A DNA stretch of 64,000 nt from an uncultured virus (IMG/VR IMGVR_UViG_3300008117_000028) (IMGVR_UViG_3300008117_000028); one strand, 5' to 3'. Shown: positions 44,262 through 54,733, numbered from the stretch's first letter. The notes: generated from the letters alone by a model not told the origin. Translations and numbers: made by a program.

Positions 44262-45218
44262 TTATATTTTCCTTCCATCAATATATTCTTCTGATTCCAC
44301 GAAGATCGGAATAACTCTTTTTAATTTATTTGGTTCTTGTCCTTTATAAACTAATTGTCTTCCTACTTCTCCATCTTCAACAACATTTTTAATTTTTTCA
44401 TTTTGCATTTCTATCCATTTAGCAAGACCATTTGTTCTAACTCCATAAATCCAATCTTTACTTCCTGGGCTTCTAAATATAGAAAATGACCTAATAAATA
44501 TTTTATTAGGTTGAGATTTTACAGACCTTGCTCCATGCCAAAATGGTCTTCCTGATGGGAATACAGTAATGTCTCCCTTTTTAGGTTTATATACAAAAAC
44601 TTTTTTATTTTCTTCATCAACAAAATCAATTTCTCCGCCTTCATAATCGTCATTTAAATAAATTGTATATGTAATTATTTGCTTTGGTCCAGGCTCTTCT
44701 TCTCTATGATTATGCCAATCTGTATGTACTGCAATTGTATAATCTTCTTCTAAATTTAATTTATGTTGTAATATTTCAAATGTAGATAAGCTCATATTAC
44801 TAGCATCTTCTCTATCTGGGGCCATGATGTCCCAATCAGTTATTTCATAAGTCCATTTTCCATTATCTTTCCAATCATTTAAATAATCAAAATGAACAGT
44901 TTTTATAGCATTTCTTATTAAACTAAAACCCTTAATGTGCTCTTTTTTATTTTTTTTCATATCATATGGGTCTGACCATATACTTCTTAATCCGAATGTA
45001 TACCAAGGAGTCCATGTATAAATTAAACTATTATCGTTTCTTAATTCTGGCTGTGGGCCGTGATAGTCTCTATATACAGACTCTTCTGGTTTTGTTTTTT
45101 CAAGATCCACAATATCTTTTTGAGATTCATATATTTGATTTAATAATAGATTAATATCATTCTCAGATAATATATCTCTATAAACAGTCACTTGAGGCAT
45201 TATATTTATTTTATTCAT
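44262..45218 (-). CDS. 2OG-Fe(II) oxygenase
   Basis: HTD...YLNDDYEGGEI.F...KPKKGD..VFPS..PFWHG. Confidence 0.82.
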   Translation of the reverse strand: MNKINIMPQVTVYRDILSENDINLLLNQIYESQKDIVDLEKTKPEESVYRDYHGPQPELRNDNSLIYTWTPWYTFGLRSIWSDPYDMKKNKKEHIKGFSLIRNAIKTVHFDYLNDWKDNGKWTYEITDWDIMAPDREDASNMSLSTFEILQHKLNLEEDYTIAVHTDWHNHREEEPGPKQIITYTIYLNDDYEGGEIDFVDEENKKVFVYKPKKGDITVFPSGRPFWHGARSVKSQPNKIFIRSFSIFRSPGSKDWIYGVRTNGLAKWIEMQNEKIKNVVEDGEVGRQLVYKGQEPNKLKRVIPIFVESEEYIDGRKI

Positions 45219-45519
45219 TATTTTTCTCCCAACAATCTAAAATTTGTTCTAATAAAGACCATTCTATCACAGCAAGCCTAGTTTTTGAATTATCCTTACC
45301 CAATATTATTTTTAGTACTGGGTGCTTATCTCTACTTACTTTGAATGTGTCTGTGCATATCTTGGACCAAATGCTTTGAGATATTGAAATGCTTTTTTCA
45401 TATTCTTTATAGTCTACCACAAAATTACGCCATTGGGCATCTCCTTTTTGATAGTTTCCACGTCCACTATTTTTTTGTTGTTTAGCACCATCTCGTTTTG
45501 CTTCTGATCTTTCAGACAT
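45211..45519 (-). CDS. PD-(D/E)xK endonuclease / resolvase-like protein
   Basis: E.......NSG....KGD......D.K pattern. Confidence 0.6.
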   Translation of the reverse strand: MSERSEAKRDGAKQQKNSGRGNYQKGDAQWRNFVVDYKEYEKSISISQSIWSKICTDTFKVSRDKHPVLKIILGKDNSKTRLAVIEWSLLEQILDCWEKNNE

Positions 45520-45710
45520 TATCCATTAACCTTTATTTGATTTGCATGGCCATCTGGACAGTTCCAAGACATAATAAATGTATCTGGGTCCCAAAAAGCT
45601 TCTTCAGCATTTTTATCACATTTAGAACATGGTTTTATTCCAGATATTTTTTCTAAATCTTTTTTATGTAAAATTTCTGGTTTTGTAAAAAACTCATTAA
45701 GACTTGGCAT
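45519..45710 (-). CDS. zinc-ribbon protein
   Basis: CSKC...CPDGH. Confidence 0.65.
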   Translation of the reverse strand: MPSLNEFFTKPEILHKKDLEKISGIKPCSKCDKNAEEAFWDPDTFIMSWNCPDGHANQIKVNG

Positions 45711-46701
45711 TTATTTCCTCAATTAATTTGTTAGCAACATCTGGATTATCTTTTAAATACTGTACTGCTTTAGCTCGTCCCTGTAATCTTTCTCCATCTA
45801 CTGTATACCAAGCTCCGCCTTTTTCTACAAGCCCACACATTTCTGCAACATCTAAAGTTTCTCCTACTTTATCAACTCCTAAAGTTTCTCCTTGATAATA
45901 GAAGTCGTATTGCCCAGATAAATTTGGTGGGGATACTTTGCTGTAATCAACAATCCAATTAACTGGTCTGCCGACTCTTTGCTCAATAATTTTATCGCCA
46001 ACTTTAACGCCAGCCTTGATAGCATTAGCCTCAGCCTCGGAAGACCATAACTTAATAACAGTGGTGGAAAAGAATTTGACTGCCATTCCTCCCGTAGGTA
46101 TATGGCTGGCATGCATAGATCCAAATTGGTTTCTTTGTTGGGAGATAAGAACAAGTAATGTATTTTTGTTTGCATAGTTTAACATTTTGACTGCGTGGGT
46201 CATATCCTTTGCTTCAGCGCCTATTTGTTTTGTATCTTGTAAATCTTTTAATTCATTTCCATCTTTTTCAAAATAAATAGCTGGCAATAATGCAGAGATA
46301 GAGTCTACAACAATTAAATCAACATCTGCTTCCATTAATTTAGTTGCGACATCTACCATATCATTAACTGTTTTTGCTGGCGAATAAATTAATTTTTCTG
46401 AATCTACACCAAGTTGTTCTGCCCATGCTGGATCGTAAGATGCTTCAGCATCTATCCATGCACATACTTTTCCTTCTTTTTGTGCCATGCCTATCATTTG
46501 TAAACAAAAAGAAGATTTTCCAGCAGACTTATTGCCCCATACTAAAACTTGACGACCATATGGAAGTCCTCCACGCAACGCCATATTTAATCCAATACTT
46601 GGAGTAACTTGTTTTTTTACCTGAACACTTTGAGCTGACTGAACTCTATCTCTAGTTTTTGGATCTAGTTTAGATAATATTTCATTTATTTCAATTGTCA
46701 T
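45697..46701 (-). CDS. recA: RecA-like recombinase
   Basis: GGLPYGR, G..SAGKS, WIDAE, VVDSISAL, TGG.A.KF, GAWY...LQG. Confidence 0.92.
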   Translation of the reverse strand: MTIEINEILSKLDPKTRDRVQSAQSVQVKKQVTPSIGLNMALRGGLPYGRQVLVWGNKSAGKSSFCLQMIGMAQKEGKVCAWIDAEASYDPAWAEQLGVDSEKLIYSPAKTVNDMVDVATKLMEADVDLIVVDSISALLPAIYFEKDGNELKDLQDTKQIGAEAKDMTHAVKMLNYANKNTLLVLISQQRNQFGSMHASHIPTGGMAVKFFSTTVIKLWSSEAEANAIKAGVKVGDKIIEQRVGRPVNWIVDYSKVSPPNLSGQYDFYYQGETLGVDKVGETLDVAEMCGLVEKGGAWYTVDGERLQGRAKAVQYLKDNPDVANKLIEEINAKS

Positions 46702-46706
46702 TTAAA

Positions 46707-47033
46707 CTACTTTCTATAATATGGGCTATTGTAATCTATATATCCTACTTCTAAATTTCCTCTTGTACATTGAAATCCTATAGAATTTGTTGGTCTGTAT
46801 CCGTCGTCTTCGTACATTAATTCAAAACCAAATTCATTTAAATCTTTATCGTAAGTAACGCACATAGCACTTCCATTTTTAGTAATAAAATCATTTGGCC
46901 AAGATTGTTCATTTAGTAATTCTTTAAAAATATCTGCTGGTACCGATACTTTGCCTTGATGTTTTAATATTGCTACAAAAGCTGTTGTTGCTCGTAAATT
47001 ATTAAATATTGTTTCAAGGTCTTTTTGATTCAT
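46707..47033 (-). CDS. hypothetical protein, paralogue of 47383
   Basis: AT...VAIL..Q.K.SVP.D.F shared with 47383; leaderless start. Confidence 0.65.
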   Translation of the reverse strand: MNQKDLETIFNNLRATTAFVAILKHQGKVSVPADIFKELLNEQSWPNDFITKNGSAMCVTYDKDLNEFGFELMYEDDGYRPTNSIGFQCTRGNLEVGYIDYNSPYYRK

Positions 47034-47048
47034 CATACGATTATACCA

Positions 47049-47432
47049 TTAAAATAAATTTCCGTGAAGTCTTGGTCTACTTTTATTTATATTAATTTTT
47101 TTATCCATAACTTCATCTAAGCTATGAACAATATCATTTTCATTTCTCATAGCAGCATATATATCTAATAAACGAATAATTATATCGGCCATTTCTTCAA
47201 CAATATGCTCACTACCTTTTGATTTTCTTATTGCTTCTAAGACTTCAGTTACTTCAGAATGTACCAATGCCAACTTGTTTCCAATTTTGTCATAGTTATA
47301 TTCACCGTCCCAAAATCCTTTTTCTATAGCTGTTTCATGAAGAATTGCAGATAAGGCATCTAAACCATAATCAGTTATTAAATTATTCATTTGTATTTGA
47401 TTCAACATTCTTATCAATATTTTGTTGTTCAA
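47049..47432 (-). CDS. MazG-like nucleoside triphosphate pyrophosphohydrolase
   Basis: LALVHSEVTEVLEA.R....EEMADIIIR.LD...K..IN..R...HG. Confidence 0.85.
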   Translation of the reverse strand: MNNKILIRMLNQIQMNNLITDYGLDALSAILHETAIEKGFWDGEYNYDKIGNKLALVHSEVTEVLEAIRKSKGSEHIVEEMADIIIRLLDIYAAMRNENDIVHSLDEVMDKKININKSRPRLHGNLF

Positions 47433-47622
47433 TTTTATCCTTTAGTTCAAAAACAAACGAGGCTATATCCTCGTTATATTCAACACTTAAATTTTTATCT
47501 TCATTAGAGGCATTTAAAAATACATCTAGCGGAACAGATATCTTTTTTTGTGAATCTAAAATTGCTACTAAAATATTAGTAGCATTCATTGCTTGATATA
47601 TCTCTGCAGGAGTTTTGCTCAT
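47383..47622 (-). CDS. hypothetical protein
   Basis: ORF track; ATGA-coupled to dnaE. Confidence 0.65.
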   Translation of the reverse strand: MSKTPAEIYQAMNATNILVAILDSQKKISVPLDVFLNASNEDKNLSVEYNEDIASFVFELKDKIEQQNIDKNVESNTNE

Positions 47623-50600
47623 TTTACTTCCTTTATCATTAAGGTTCCATCATCTAATTTAGACAGAACAGGTTTACATTTCATTCCCTCACGCATTTTT
47701 GCTAATACTTGTGGATACATAGATGGGAATGCAATAGCTCTTGTTAATTCTTTATTTTTATTTGTCATAACAATATGTGCCATCGTTTTTCCAGCTTTTG
47801 TTTTATATGGATTAAAATTAATTACCATCATTTCATTATCTTCCATATCGTATTCTTTTCTATACAAATAATCTACAAATAAGTCTGAGCCGTTTGGATC
47901 GATATCGTTTATTTTAATATACCTAGCAATACGATTATCTCCTACAAGAATAAAGTACATCTGTCCAGTTTCAATTTGAGTTTGTTCATGATGGAATAAA
48001 CCAATTGATCCTGTTTCATCTACTAATTCTACTCTGGCCCAACCAGTACCACGTTTAATACTTTTTACCATCCCAAACATTGGAAAGGATCCAAGATCAT
48101 CAAAATCTTCTATTGGCCTTGCCTGTGCTTTAATTCGTGGAGGCAAATCTGTATTAAAAGTCGGTATTCCTAAATATTCGTAATAATTTTCTTTTTCTTT
48201 GTTATTACGCTGATTATCCGTAAAAGCAGCCCCACCAATGTTATTAAGAGCAGTAATAGCCCTGCTGTTAATACCGCTGCCTTTGGCAGAGGCTTTTTTA
48301 ATGAAATCTGCATACGATTCATACGGTCTCTTTTCTATAATTTTATTTGCAATACTATCAGATATAAATTTAATTTCAGCTAATCCAAATTGAATTGCAT
48401 CATTTTTTAAAGAAAAATAAACTTCTGATTCATTGATGTGTGGCAATAATATTTTTAAGTTTAATCTTTTTGCTTCAATTAAATATTCTGTCCTAGCATC
48501 TTTATCATTTTCATTTTTAAGTACTGAAAACATGAACTCAAGAGGGTAATACTTTTTAAGCCAAGCAGTATAATAAGAAAGCATAGAATAAGCAACGGCA
48601 TGACTACGGTTAAAAGAATAACCTGCGTGAGCTTCGAAATCATGCCATAGGGATTCGGCTTTTTTCTTAGAAATGTGTTTTGAAGCCCCATCAATAAATT
48701 TATCCTTGAACTGGTCGAATTCTTTTGCATCCTTTTTCTTTCCTATGATCTTACGAACTTTATCAGCCTCAGACCAAGTCATCCCTCCTAAATAAACGCA
48801 AGCTTGCATAACTTGCTCTTGATATATGATAACACCATATGTATTTTCAGTAAAAGGTTTCATAATTTCATGAACGTATTCTACATCTTCAAATCCATGT
48901 TTTCTATTAATATATGAAGCACCTACCGTGTTCATGGCACCTGGACGCACTAAAGCATTTGAAGCAGCAAGATCTTCAAATTTATCTACACCCATTTTAA
49001 TTAATAAATTTGTATACGGAGTAGCTTCAGCTTGGAATACACCTTTTGTATATCCATCACTTAATACTCTATATACCTCTGCATCATCTAAAGATAAATC
49101 AGAAAGAATAATATCTTTATTGTATCTTTCTTTAATTGATTTTAATGTATCTGAGATAACTGATAATGTTTTTAAGCCTAATGCATCTAATTTAATTAAA
49201 CCAATATCTGCTACGGTGTCCATATCATAAGCTACTACTGGTATTCTGCCAGAAACTTTATCTTGTGCGTCTTCTCTAGATTCAATTGGTGCATATTTTC
49301 TTAAATCATCTTTAGCAACAACAACTCCTGCAGCATGTACTCCAACTGATCTAATTTTTCCACGTAATCTTTCAGCAAGCCATACCACTTCTGGATATTT
49401 AGATCTAAATTCTTTTGTGTTAGGAGATTCCATAAAATCTTCAAATGTATCAATTGACTTCATTGCACGATTTACGTCTTGTAGTGGAACCATAAATACA
49501 CGAGCAGCATCTCTAATAACGCCTTTATCTTTAAAATATGTGTATGTTGAAATAGATGCTACATGCTTAAATTTCTTTTTAAGATAATCTTTAACCTCTT
49601 TGCGACGACGATCCTCAAAGTCTGTATCTATATCTGGGAAGTCATTACGCTCAGGATTAATAAATCGGAAAAACAATAAGTCATATTCAATTGGGTCTAC
49701 ATCTGTAATTCCTAGGGCATAACATACTAATGAACCAGCAGCAGAGCCACGACCAGGACCAACCATAATATTATTTTCTTTAGCCCAATTAATCATGTCT
49801 GCTACTACTAGGAAATATGAGGCAAAACTTTTATCTTTAATAATTTCTAATTCTTCTATCAATCTTTGCTCATATATGTCATTTCCTAGCCATGATGAGG
49901 TCAGATGTAGGCTTTCTAAGCCTTTAAAGGCCATCTCAGCCAGTTTCTGATCTGCATCCGTCTTGGGTACTGGGAGGAGGTCTAGACCACTATTAAAATC
50001 GTATTCTTCAATTTTATTAGCAATTTCTATTGTATTATCAAAAATATCTGATCGATTTATCCCAACTTTATTAAAATCTTCTTCTATTTCTTTTCTAGAC
50101 TGAATCCAGAGATTTTGTTCTTGAAATGATATTTTCCTATTTGGGTATAAATAATTAAACCTATCCATCATATTACTTATATTTCTAGACATCTCAAAAT
50201 CTGATTCTTTATCTGATTTTGGAGATGTAGATAGAATTAACATAGCTTCAACTAAAACCTTGTCTTCTTTTTTAGCAAAATGAGAATCTGATGTTGCAAC
50301 TGGTTTGATGTCTAGTTCTTTTGCAAACTCTAATAATTTATTATTTATTTCTTGTGGGTTGTGAGATTGAACCTCAATGTAAAAATCTTCGCCAAAAGTT
50401 TGTTTAAAATCTTTGAGTATAAGTTTTGCTTCTGAGAACTCCTGCCGTTCAATGCATTTACTAATAAGACCATTAAGACATCCACTAAGTACAATAATAC
50501 CTTCCGCATATTCTTTTAATACCTCTCTATCAATACGTGGTTTATGATAAAATCCTTCGTTCCAAGCAATTTCTTGTAAAATATTTATATTTTCTAAACC

Positions 50601-50900
50601 TTTCATATTTTTGGCTAAAAGGATAATATGGTTATATGCCTGAATACTTTTATCTGTTTTAGATGATCTATCAAACCTATCTGTTGGTGATATGTATGCC
50701 TCTACACCTAATATTGGCTTAATTCCAATTTCTTTACATGCTAATTGCATTTCTCTATGAGAAGATAATGTTCCATGATCTGTAATAGCAATTGCTGTAT
50801 GTCCATTATTTTTTGCAGCTTCTGCTAGAGCTTTGGGTGAATTTAATCCATCCATTAAGCTGTAATAGCTATGGACATGTAGGTGAGCAAAATTTGTCAT
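47619..50900 (-). CDS. dnaE: DNA polymerase III alpha subunit
   Basis: PHP domain HLHVHS.YS..DG, AITDHG; GRGSAAGSLV, PDIDTDF, HAAG, K.D.LGL and Y.FNRSHA..Y motifs. Confidence 0.97.
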   Translation of the reverse strand: MTNFAHLHVHSYYSLMDGLNSPKALAEAAKNNGHTAIAITDHGTLSSHREMQLACKEIGIKPILGVEAYISPTDRFDRSSKTDKSIQAYNHIILLAKNMKGLENINILQEIAWNEGFYHKPRIDREVLKEYAEGIIVLSGCLNGLISKCIERQEFSEAKLILKDFKQTFGEDFYIEVQSHNPQEINNKLLEFAKELDIKPVATSDSHFAKKEDKVLVEAMLILSTSPKSDKESDFEMSRNISNMMDRFNYLYPNRKISFQEQNLWIQSRKEIEEDFNKVGINRSDIFDNTIEIANKIEEYDFNSGLDLLPVPKTDADQKLAEMAFKGLESLHLTSSWLGNDIYEQRLIEELEIIKDKSFASYFLVVADMINWAKENNIMVGPGRGSAAGSLVCYALGITDVDPIEYDLLFFRFINPERNDFPDIDTDFEDRRRKEVKDYLKKKFKHVASISTYTYFKDKGVIRDAARVFMVPLQDVNRAMKSIDTFEDFMESPNTKEFRSKYPEVVWLAERLRGKIRSVGVHAAGVVVAKDDLRKYAPIESREDAQDKVSGRIPVVAYDMDTVADIGLIKLDALGLKTLSVISDTLKSIKERYNKDIILSDLSLDDAEVYRVLSDGYTKGVFQAEATPYTNLLIKMGVDKFEDLAASNALVRPGAMNTVGASYINRKHGFEDVEYVHEIMKPFTENTYGVIIYQEQVMQACVYLGGMTWSEADKVRKIIGKKKDAKEFDQFKDKFIDGASKHISKKKAESLWHDFEAHAGYSFNRSHAVAYSMLSYYTAWLKKYYPLEFMFSVLKNENDKDARTEYLIEAKRLNLKILLPHINESEVYFSLKNDAIQFGLAEIKFISDSIANKIIEKRPYESYADFIKKASAKGSGINSRAITALNNIGGAAFTDNQRNNKEKENYYEYLGIPTFNTDLPPRIKAQARPIEDFDDLGSFPMFGMVKSIKRGTGWARVELVDETGSIGLFHHEQTQIETGQMYFILVGDNRIARYIKINDIDPNGSDLFVDYLYRKEYDMEDNEMMVINFNPYKTKAGKTMAHIVMTNKNKELTRAIAFPSMYPQVLAKMREGMKCKPVLSKLDDGTLMIKEVK

Positions 50901-50921
50901 AAAAGCATTCTACTAAATAAT

Positions 50922-50949
50922 ATAGGGGCTGACAATAGCCAGCCCCTAT
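50922..50949. terminator. hairpin terminator after the SSB-like gene
   Basis: ATAGGGGCTG...CAGCCCCTAT. Confidence 0.7.
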
Positions 50950-50958
50950 TTATTTAAT

Positions 50959-51624
50959 TTACCACTCTACGCTACCTGTTGCGTTTGATGGCTCTTCTCC
51001 GCCTTCACCATTAAAGAAGGCTTCTTGCTCTGTATAGGGTAGGTCACGAACTGCAACCTTTTCCAATTCGTACAGTTCCAATCCAGATGAATCAAATGGT
51101 GTTTCATCTTTAGCAAGAGGGATTGCTGTATAACTGGTATCTGTTTTTGTGCCTGTACGCTTAATGCGCCACATTAAATTTGAAATGCTACCCATTTCGC
51201 CAGCATATTCAATTAATGTAGGAGTAATAGTCTTTCCACTACTACCCTGAGACAAGATGGCAACATATGGCTCTTCTTTGCCATCATCTACAAGGACATT
51301 GATATAAAGACGGGAACGGCCTTTCCATCCTGCCTTGTAATCCTTACGATGCTGCTCACATCCCCAACATTTTCCTTGGTCATCAATTGTACATAAAGCT
51401 TTACGCTTATAGTCTTTAGGATTTGTATGCTCAACAGCAATAAAACCTAAACTATTTTTTTCATTATAATGTGGAGAGTCAGGATCTAATTCCTGTAAAA
51501 ATCTAATTTTAACACTTTCTGAGTCATCTAATTTAACCCAACGAGCTTTACTGCCGTCTCCGCTAGATGATTGCGGTTTATCCATTACTTTATTTAAATC
51601 TTTTAGTCCTTTTACAAGACCCAT
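50959..51624 (-). CDS. probable single-stranded DNA-binding protein (gp32-like)
   Basis: K.RFL, H/C zinc motif, R.YINVLV, I.R.G...DT.Y, acidic tail; lies between primase and dnaE. Confidence 0.7.
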   Translation of the reverse strand: MGLVKGLKDLNKVMDKPQSSSGDGSKARWVKLDDSESVKIRFLQELDPDSPHYNEKNSLGFIAVEHTNPKDYKRKALCTIDDQGKCWGCEQHRKDYKAGWKGRSRLYINVLVDDGKEEPYVAILSQGSSGKTITPTLIEYAGEMGSISNLMWRIKRTGTKTDTSYTAIPLAKDETPFDSSGLELYELEKVAVRDLPYTEQEAFFNGEGGEEPSNATGSVEW

Positions 51625-51678
51625 TTTGCTTCCTCTTTCTGTAGTTGATAGTATAGATCTATCTGTCTTTTTATTATA

Positions 51679-52728
51679 TCATAAATTCCAAGATTTGTAT
51701 TCAATATCAGAAACTGCATTTTTAATACATATTTTTATTTCTTCTTCTGACATATCTCCTGCATCTTTTGCATCATGTGGATATATCTTACCATAAGAAT
51801 AAGAAGCCCACAAGATGTCTTTATTCTTTAATTTATTAGATATTGATATTCCTAATTCTCTGCCAGCTTGATCTGCGTCTGTCATGATAATAATTTTGTT
51901 AAAATATCTATTTAATAAATTAATATTATCTGTAGATATGTGTCCACCTAGTGTGGCTACCACATTTGGAAATCCAGATTGATGTATTCTAATAGCATCA
52001 AAACTTGATTCTACAATTATTACATGGTCACCTATTTTTTTAGCACGATGTATGTTAAATAATGTTTTGTTCTTTGGCAAGTTTGTGCTATTCTTAAATT
52101 TCTTTTCTGATATTGATCTGCCAACTAGTCCTACTGGAATTCCGTCTGGGCTATGCACTGGGACAATAGCCATGCCTTGAGATTCAGAATATCCTAATTT
52201 AAAATATGTTATAGATTCTTGATTTATTCCACGAGACTCAAAGTAATCTCTAGCTAATTTATTAAATGTTAATTCCATATATAATTCATCTAATTTTTTT
52301 TGATCAAATTCAATAAACTCAGGCTTATCTTCTAATACTGAATTTAAGGTTTCATCAAAATTATCTAAAGCCTGTGCTTCCTTTGCTGCAACCAGCCTTA
52401 TAGATTCAAAATCATTTTTACCAGTAATTTTTTTAACTAGCTGAATTATGTTACCAGTTTCACCGCATGAAGGGTTAAAACAGAGCCATGCTCCATTATC
52501 TTCGCTAATATAAAAACTTGGACTATGAGTATTATTATGAAATGGACAATATATAACTAAATTATTATTAGATTCACTAATAATTCTTAATCCTATTTCT
52601 TTAACTACTGATTTTATATGGTTTGGCGCATATTGCGTGGAATTAACTTGCCTTGTGTTATTCCCTCTGATTCCCATGCCTTCCGCCTTCCTGTATGTAT
52701 TCCATAAATAGTCATTAAGAACTTCCAT
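51679..52728 (-). CDS. dnaG: DNA primase (CHC2 zinc finger + Toprim)
   Basis: CPFH...SPSF...CF..SC, VE..FDA, VATLG, D.D.AG, KD; start may be further downstream. Confidence 0.9.
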   Translation of the reverse strand: MEVLNDYLWNTYRKAEGMGIRGNNTRQVNSTQYAPNHIKSVVKEIGLRIISESNNNLVIYCPFHNNTHSPSFYISEDNGAWLCFNPSCGETGNIIQLVKKITGKNDFESIRLVAAKEAQALDNFDETLNSVLEDKPEFIEFDQKKLDELYMELTFNKLARDYFESRGINQESITYFKLGYSESQGMAIVPVHSPDGIPVGLVGRSISEKKFKNSTNLPKNKTLFNIHRAKKIGDHVIIVESSFDAIRIHQSGFPNVVATLGGHISTDNINLLNRYFNKIIIMTDADQAGRELGISISNKLKNKDILWASYSYGKIYPHDAKDAGDMSEEEIKICIKNAVSDIEYKSWNL

Positions 52729-52907
52729 GTCTCACCAGTAAATTCTACTGAAAATGCGGTGTCTATGTCAAGTACTCTAGAATATCCTTTGTCTCTCATT
52801 TGATGAACTAACATATTTTCATATTGATTTTTGAGTCTAATAATATCTGAATCGTCTCTAAACTCTACATCAATTTGAAATCTTTTAATTTGGCTGTGGT
52901 GGTACAT
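52614..52907 (-). CDS. hypothetical protein
   Basis: ORF between helicase and primase. Confidence 0.65.
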   Translation of the reverse strand: MYHHSQIKRFQIDVEFRDDSDIIRLKNQYENMLVHQMRDKGYSRVLDIDTAFSVEFTGETWKFLMTIYGIHTGRRKAWESEGITQGKLIPRNMRQTI

Positions 52908-54123
52908 AATCGTATAACTCTTTAATAATACCTCTATTGATATCCCAATCTAAATGGAAGTCAAAATCATGACCATGTCTATTTTTCCTAGAAACAACTT
53001 CAATAAGATTTGTTTGAGGATATCTATGAATAGCCATAGCCATATCAGCATCATATTCAATAGCTTTAGACCATGCAACCTGAGACATCATTGGTGGATT
53101 TTCTTGATCTGAGATATCGTCTGCTGTAGCAGCAGTAATATCAATAACTGGTATGTTGTTTGTTACAGCAAGTAATTTAAACTCACGAGATATATTTCTA
53201 TTTCTTTCTACTTCAGAATTACTTCTTTTATTATCATTAAATAATTGGTGATAATCTAAAATAACAAGGTCTGGTTTGTGCTGATCTATTTTACCTTGTA
53301 CTGTTGCTGGAGTTACATCTCCTGCGCCTTCATTTGAAACAAGAATAAATCCATTTTTATTTTCAAACTTTTTATTACCCCATGATCTAAAATCATCTAT
53401 ATTAATGTCACCTTTTGATAAATCTGATGCCTTAAACAAACCTGAGCCAAGCATTGTATAAATACGATCACGCATATTTTCTGGCGACATTTCTAGAGAA
53501 ATAATCATTGGTTTAAATCCTTGCTCCCAAGCTTTACATGCAAGATATGAAGTAAACCATGTTTTACCTTTTCCTGGCCAACCAATTGCAACAATTAAAT
53601 GTCCTGGAGCCATTCCTGTAGGATATGCTTTATCAATTGCTTCAAATCCAGTTTTTATTCCTGGACTTCCGCCCATTGCGGAAGATCTATCTTTTACAGA
53701 CATAAAATGTCTTTCTGCTGCTTCTAGGTCTGTAACATCTAAGTCTCTTACATTATTAGTAAACCTAGCAAGTCCAGCAAGTTTACTTTGCATATCTGCT
53801 AATACTCTAGAGGCTGCATCTTCTTTTAATGCAGATCCACCTTGAAGAATAATACTTTTTAATCGTGCAGATAAATATTCATTTTTTAATTTGTCTAGGT
53901 AATATCCAGTTTCTGCCTTTACGTTTAAGTCTGGTTCGAAATCTTTAAATTTTTCTTGAAGCACACCAGTTTCAGGAACTGCTTTAAATTTATAATAATA
54001 TGATTTAAGACCTTCCCAAATATCCCTATGAGATGTAAATAAGTCATCAACATTATCTGCTAATAGGGTGCTTATATCTTTATTTTTACATACAGCAGAT
54101 ATTAATGTAGCTTCTGTATTCAC
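52885..54123 (-). CDS. dnaB: DnaB-like replicative helicase
   Basis: TGF..ID, G.PGKGKT, SLEM, ILDY.QL, IEYDAD, KNRHG. Confidence 0.92.
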   Translation of the reverse strand: MNTEATLISAVCKNKDISTLLADNVDDLFTSHRDIWEGLKSYYYKFKAVPETGVLQEKFKDFEPDLNVKAETGYYLDKLKNEYLSARLKSIILQGGSALKEDAASRVLADMQSKLAGLARFTNNVRDLDVTDLEAAERHFMSVKDRSSAMGGSPGIKTGFEAIDKAYPTGMAPGHLIVAIGWPGKGKTWFTSYLACKAWEQGFKPMIISLEMSPENMRDRIYTMLGSGLFKASDLSKGDINIDDFRSWGNKKFENKNGFILVSNEGAGDVTPATVQGKIDQHKPDLVILDYHQLFNDNKRSNSEVERNRNISREFKLLAVTNNIPVIDITAATADDISDQENPPMMSQVAWSKAIEYDADMAMAIHRYPQTNLIEVVSRKNRHGHDFDFHLDWDINRGIIKELYDYVPPQPN

Positions 54124-54437
54124 TCTTCTCCCTCTACTAATTTCTTAGTTGCTTCTTGTAATATTTTACGATTTCTTTTATCTTTTTCAATTTCTTTTTG
54201 CATTATATCAATTTTATCAAAATTAAAAAAGAAAAACTGAAGCGGATGTCCATGTTTACCAGTTGTAAAATAATATTGCAATAATTCTTTAGCACGTTCA
54301 TACCCTATACTATCAACAACATCTTGCATGGCCCATTTTTCTCTATACTTATTTAAAGAAGGAAGTTTACCATATTTTTCTTTATACATATTTTGATACA
54401 TTGTTAAAAGAATATATGCCTCTTTATTATTTGCCAC
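54120..54437 (-). CDS. hypothetical protein upstream of helicase
   Basis: ORF track; translationally coupled. Confidence 0.7.
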   Translation of the reverse strand: MANNKEAYILLTMYQNMYKEKYGKLPSLNKYREKWAMQDVVDSIGYERAKELLQYYFTTGKHGHPLQFFFFNFDKIDIMQKEIEKDKRNRKILQEATKKLVEGEE

Positions 54438-54627
54438 GTTTTAACTCTTCTTCTACTTCTTGTGTTTTTTGAATTAGTTTATCTTCTACAAATTTATAAA
54501 CACGTTCTGTTGCTGTATCGACATTTTCTCCAGAACGTACTTCATCCTCTACGCCAATACCTATTTTTATACTTTCATAGTTTCCAAGATTTCGAGTAAA
54601 TGATAGATCAACTTTTACTGTGGTCAT
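54427..54627 (-). CDS. hypothetical protein (TRNLGNYES)
   Basis: ORF track. Confidence 0.7.
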   Translation of the reverse strand: MTTVKVDLSFTRNLGNYESIKIGIGVEDEVRSGENVDTATERVYKFVEDKLIQKTQEVEEELKRGK

Positions 54628-54733
54628 TTATGCTCTGCCTTTATATGTCTATTTAATGTGTCATGTCCAAATATTCCCCAGCGCAATTCAATTTCTTTAT
54701 TACACATATCACATTTAACTATTCTATTTGACA

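Noticed and set aside
36562..54123. Inteins or introns in terL, recA, dnaE or dnaB
   Set aside because: The ORFs are continuous, of ordinary length and show no intein or homing-endonuclease motifs.
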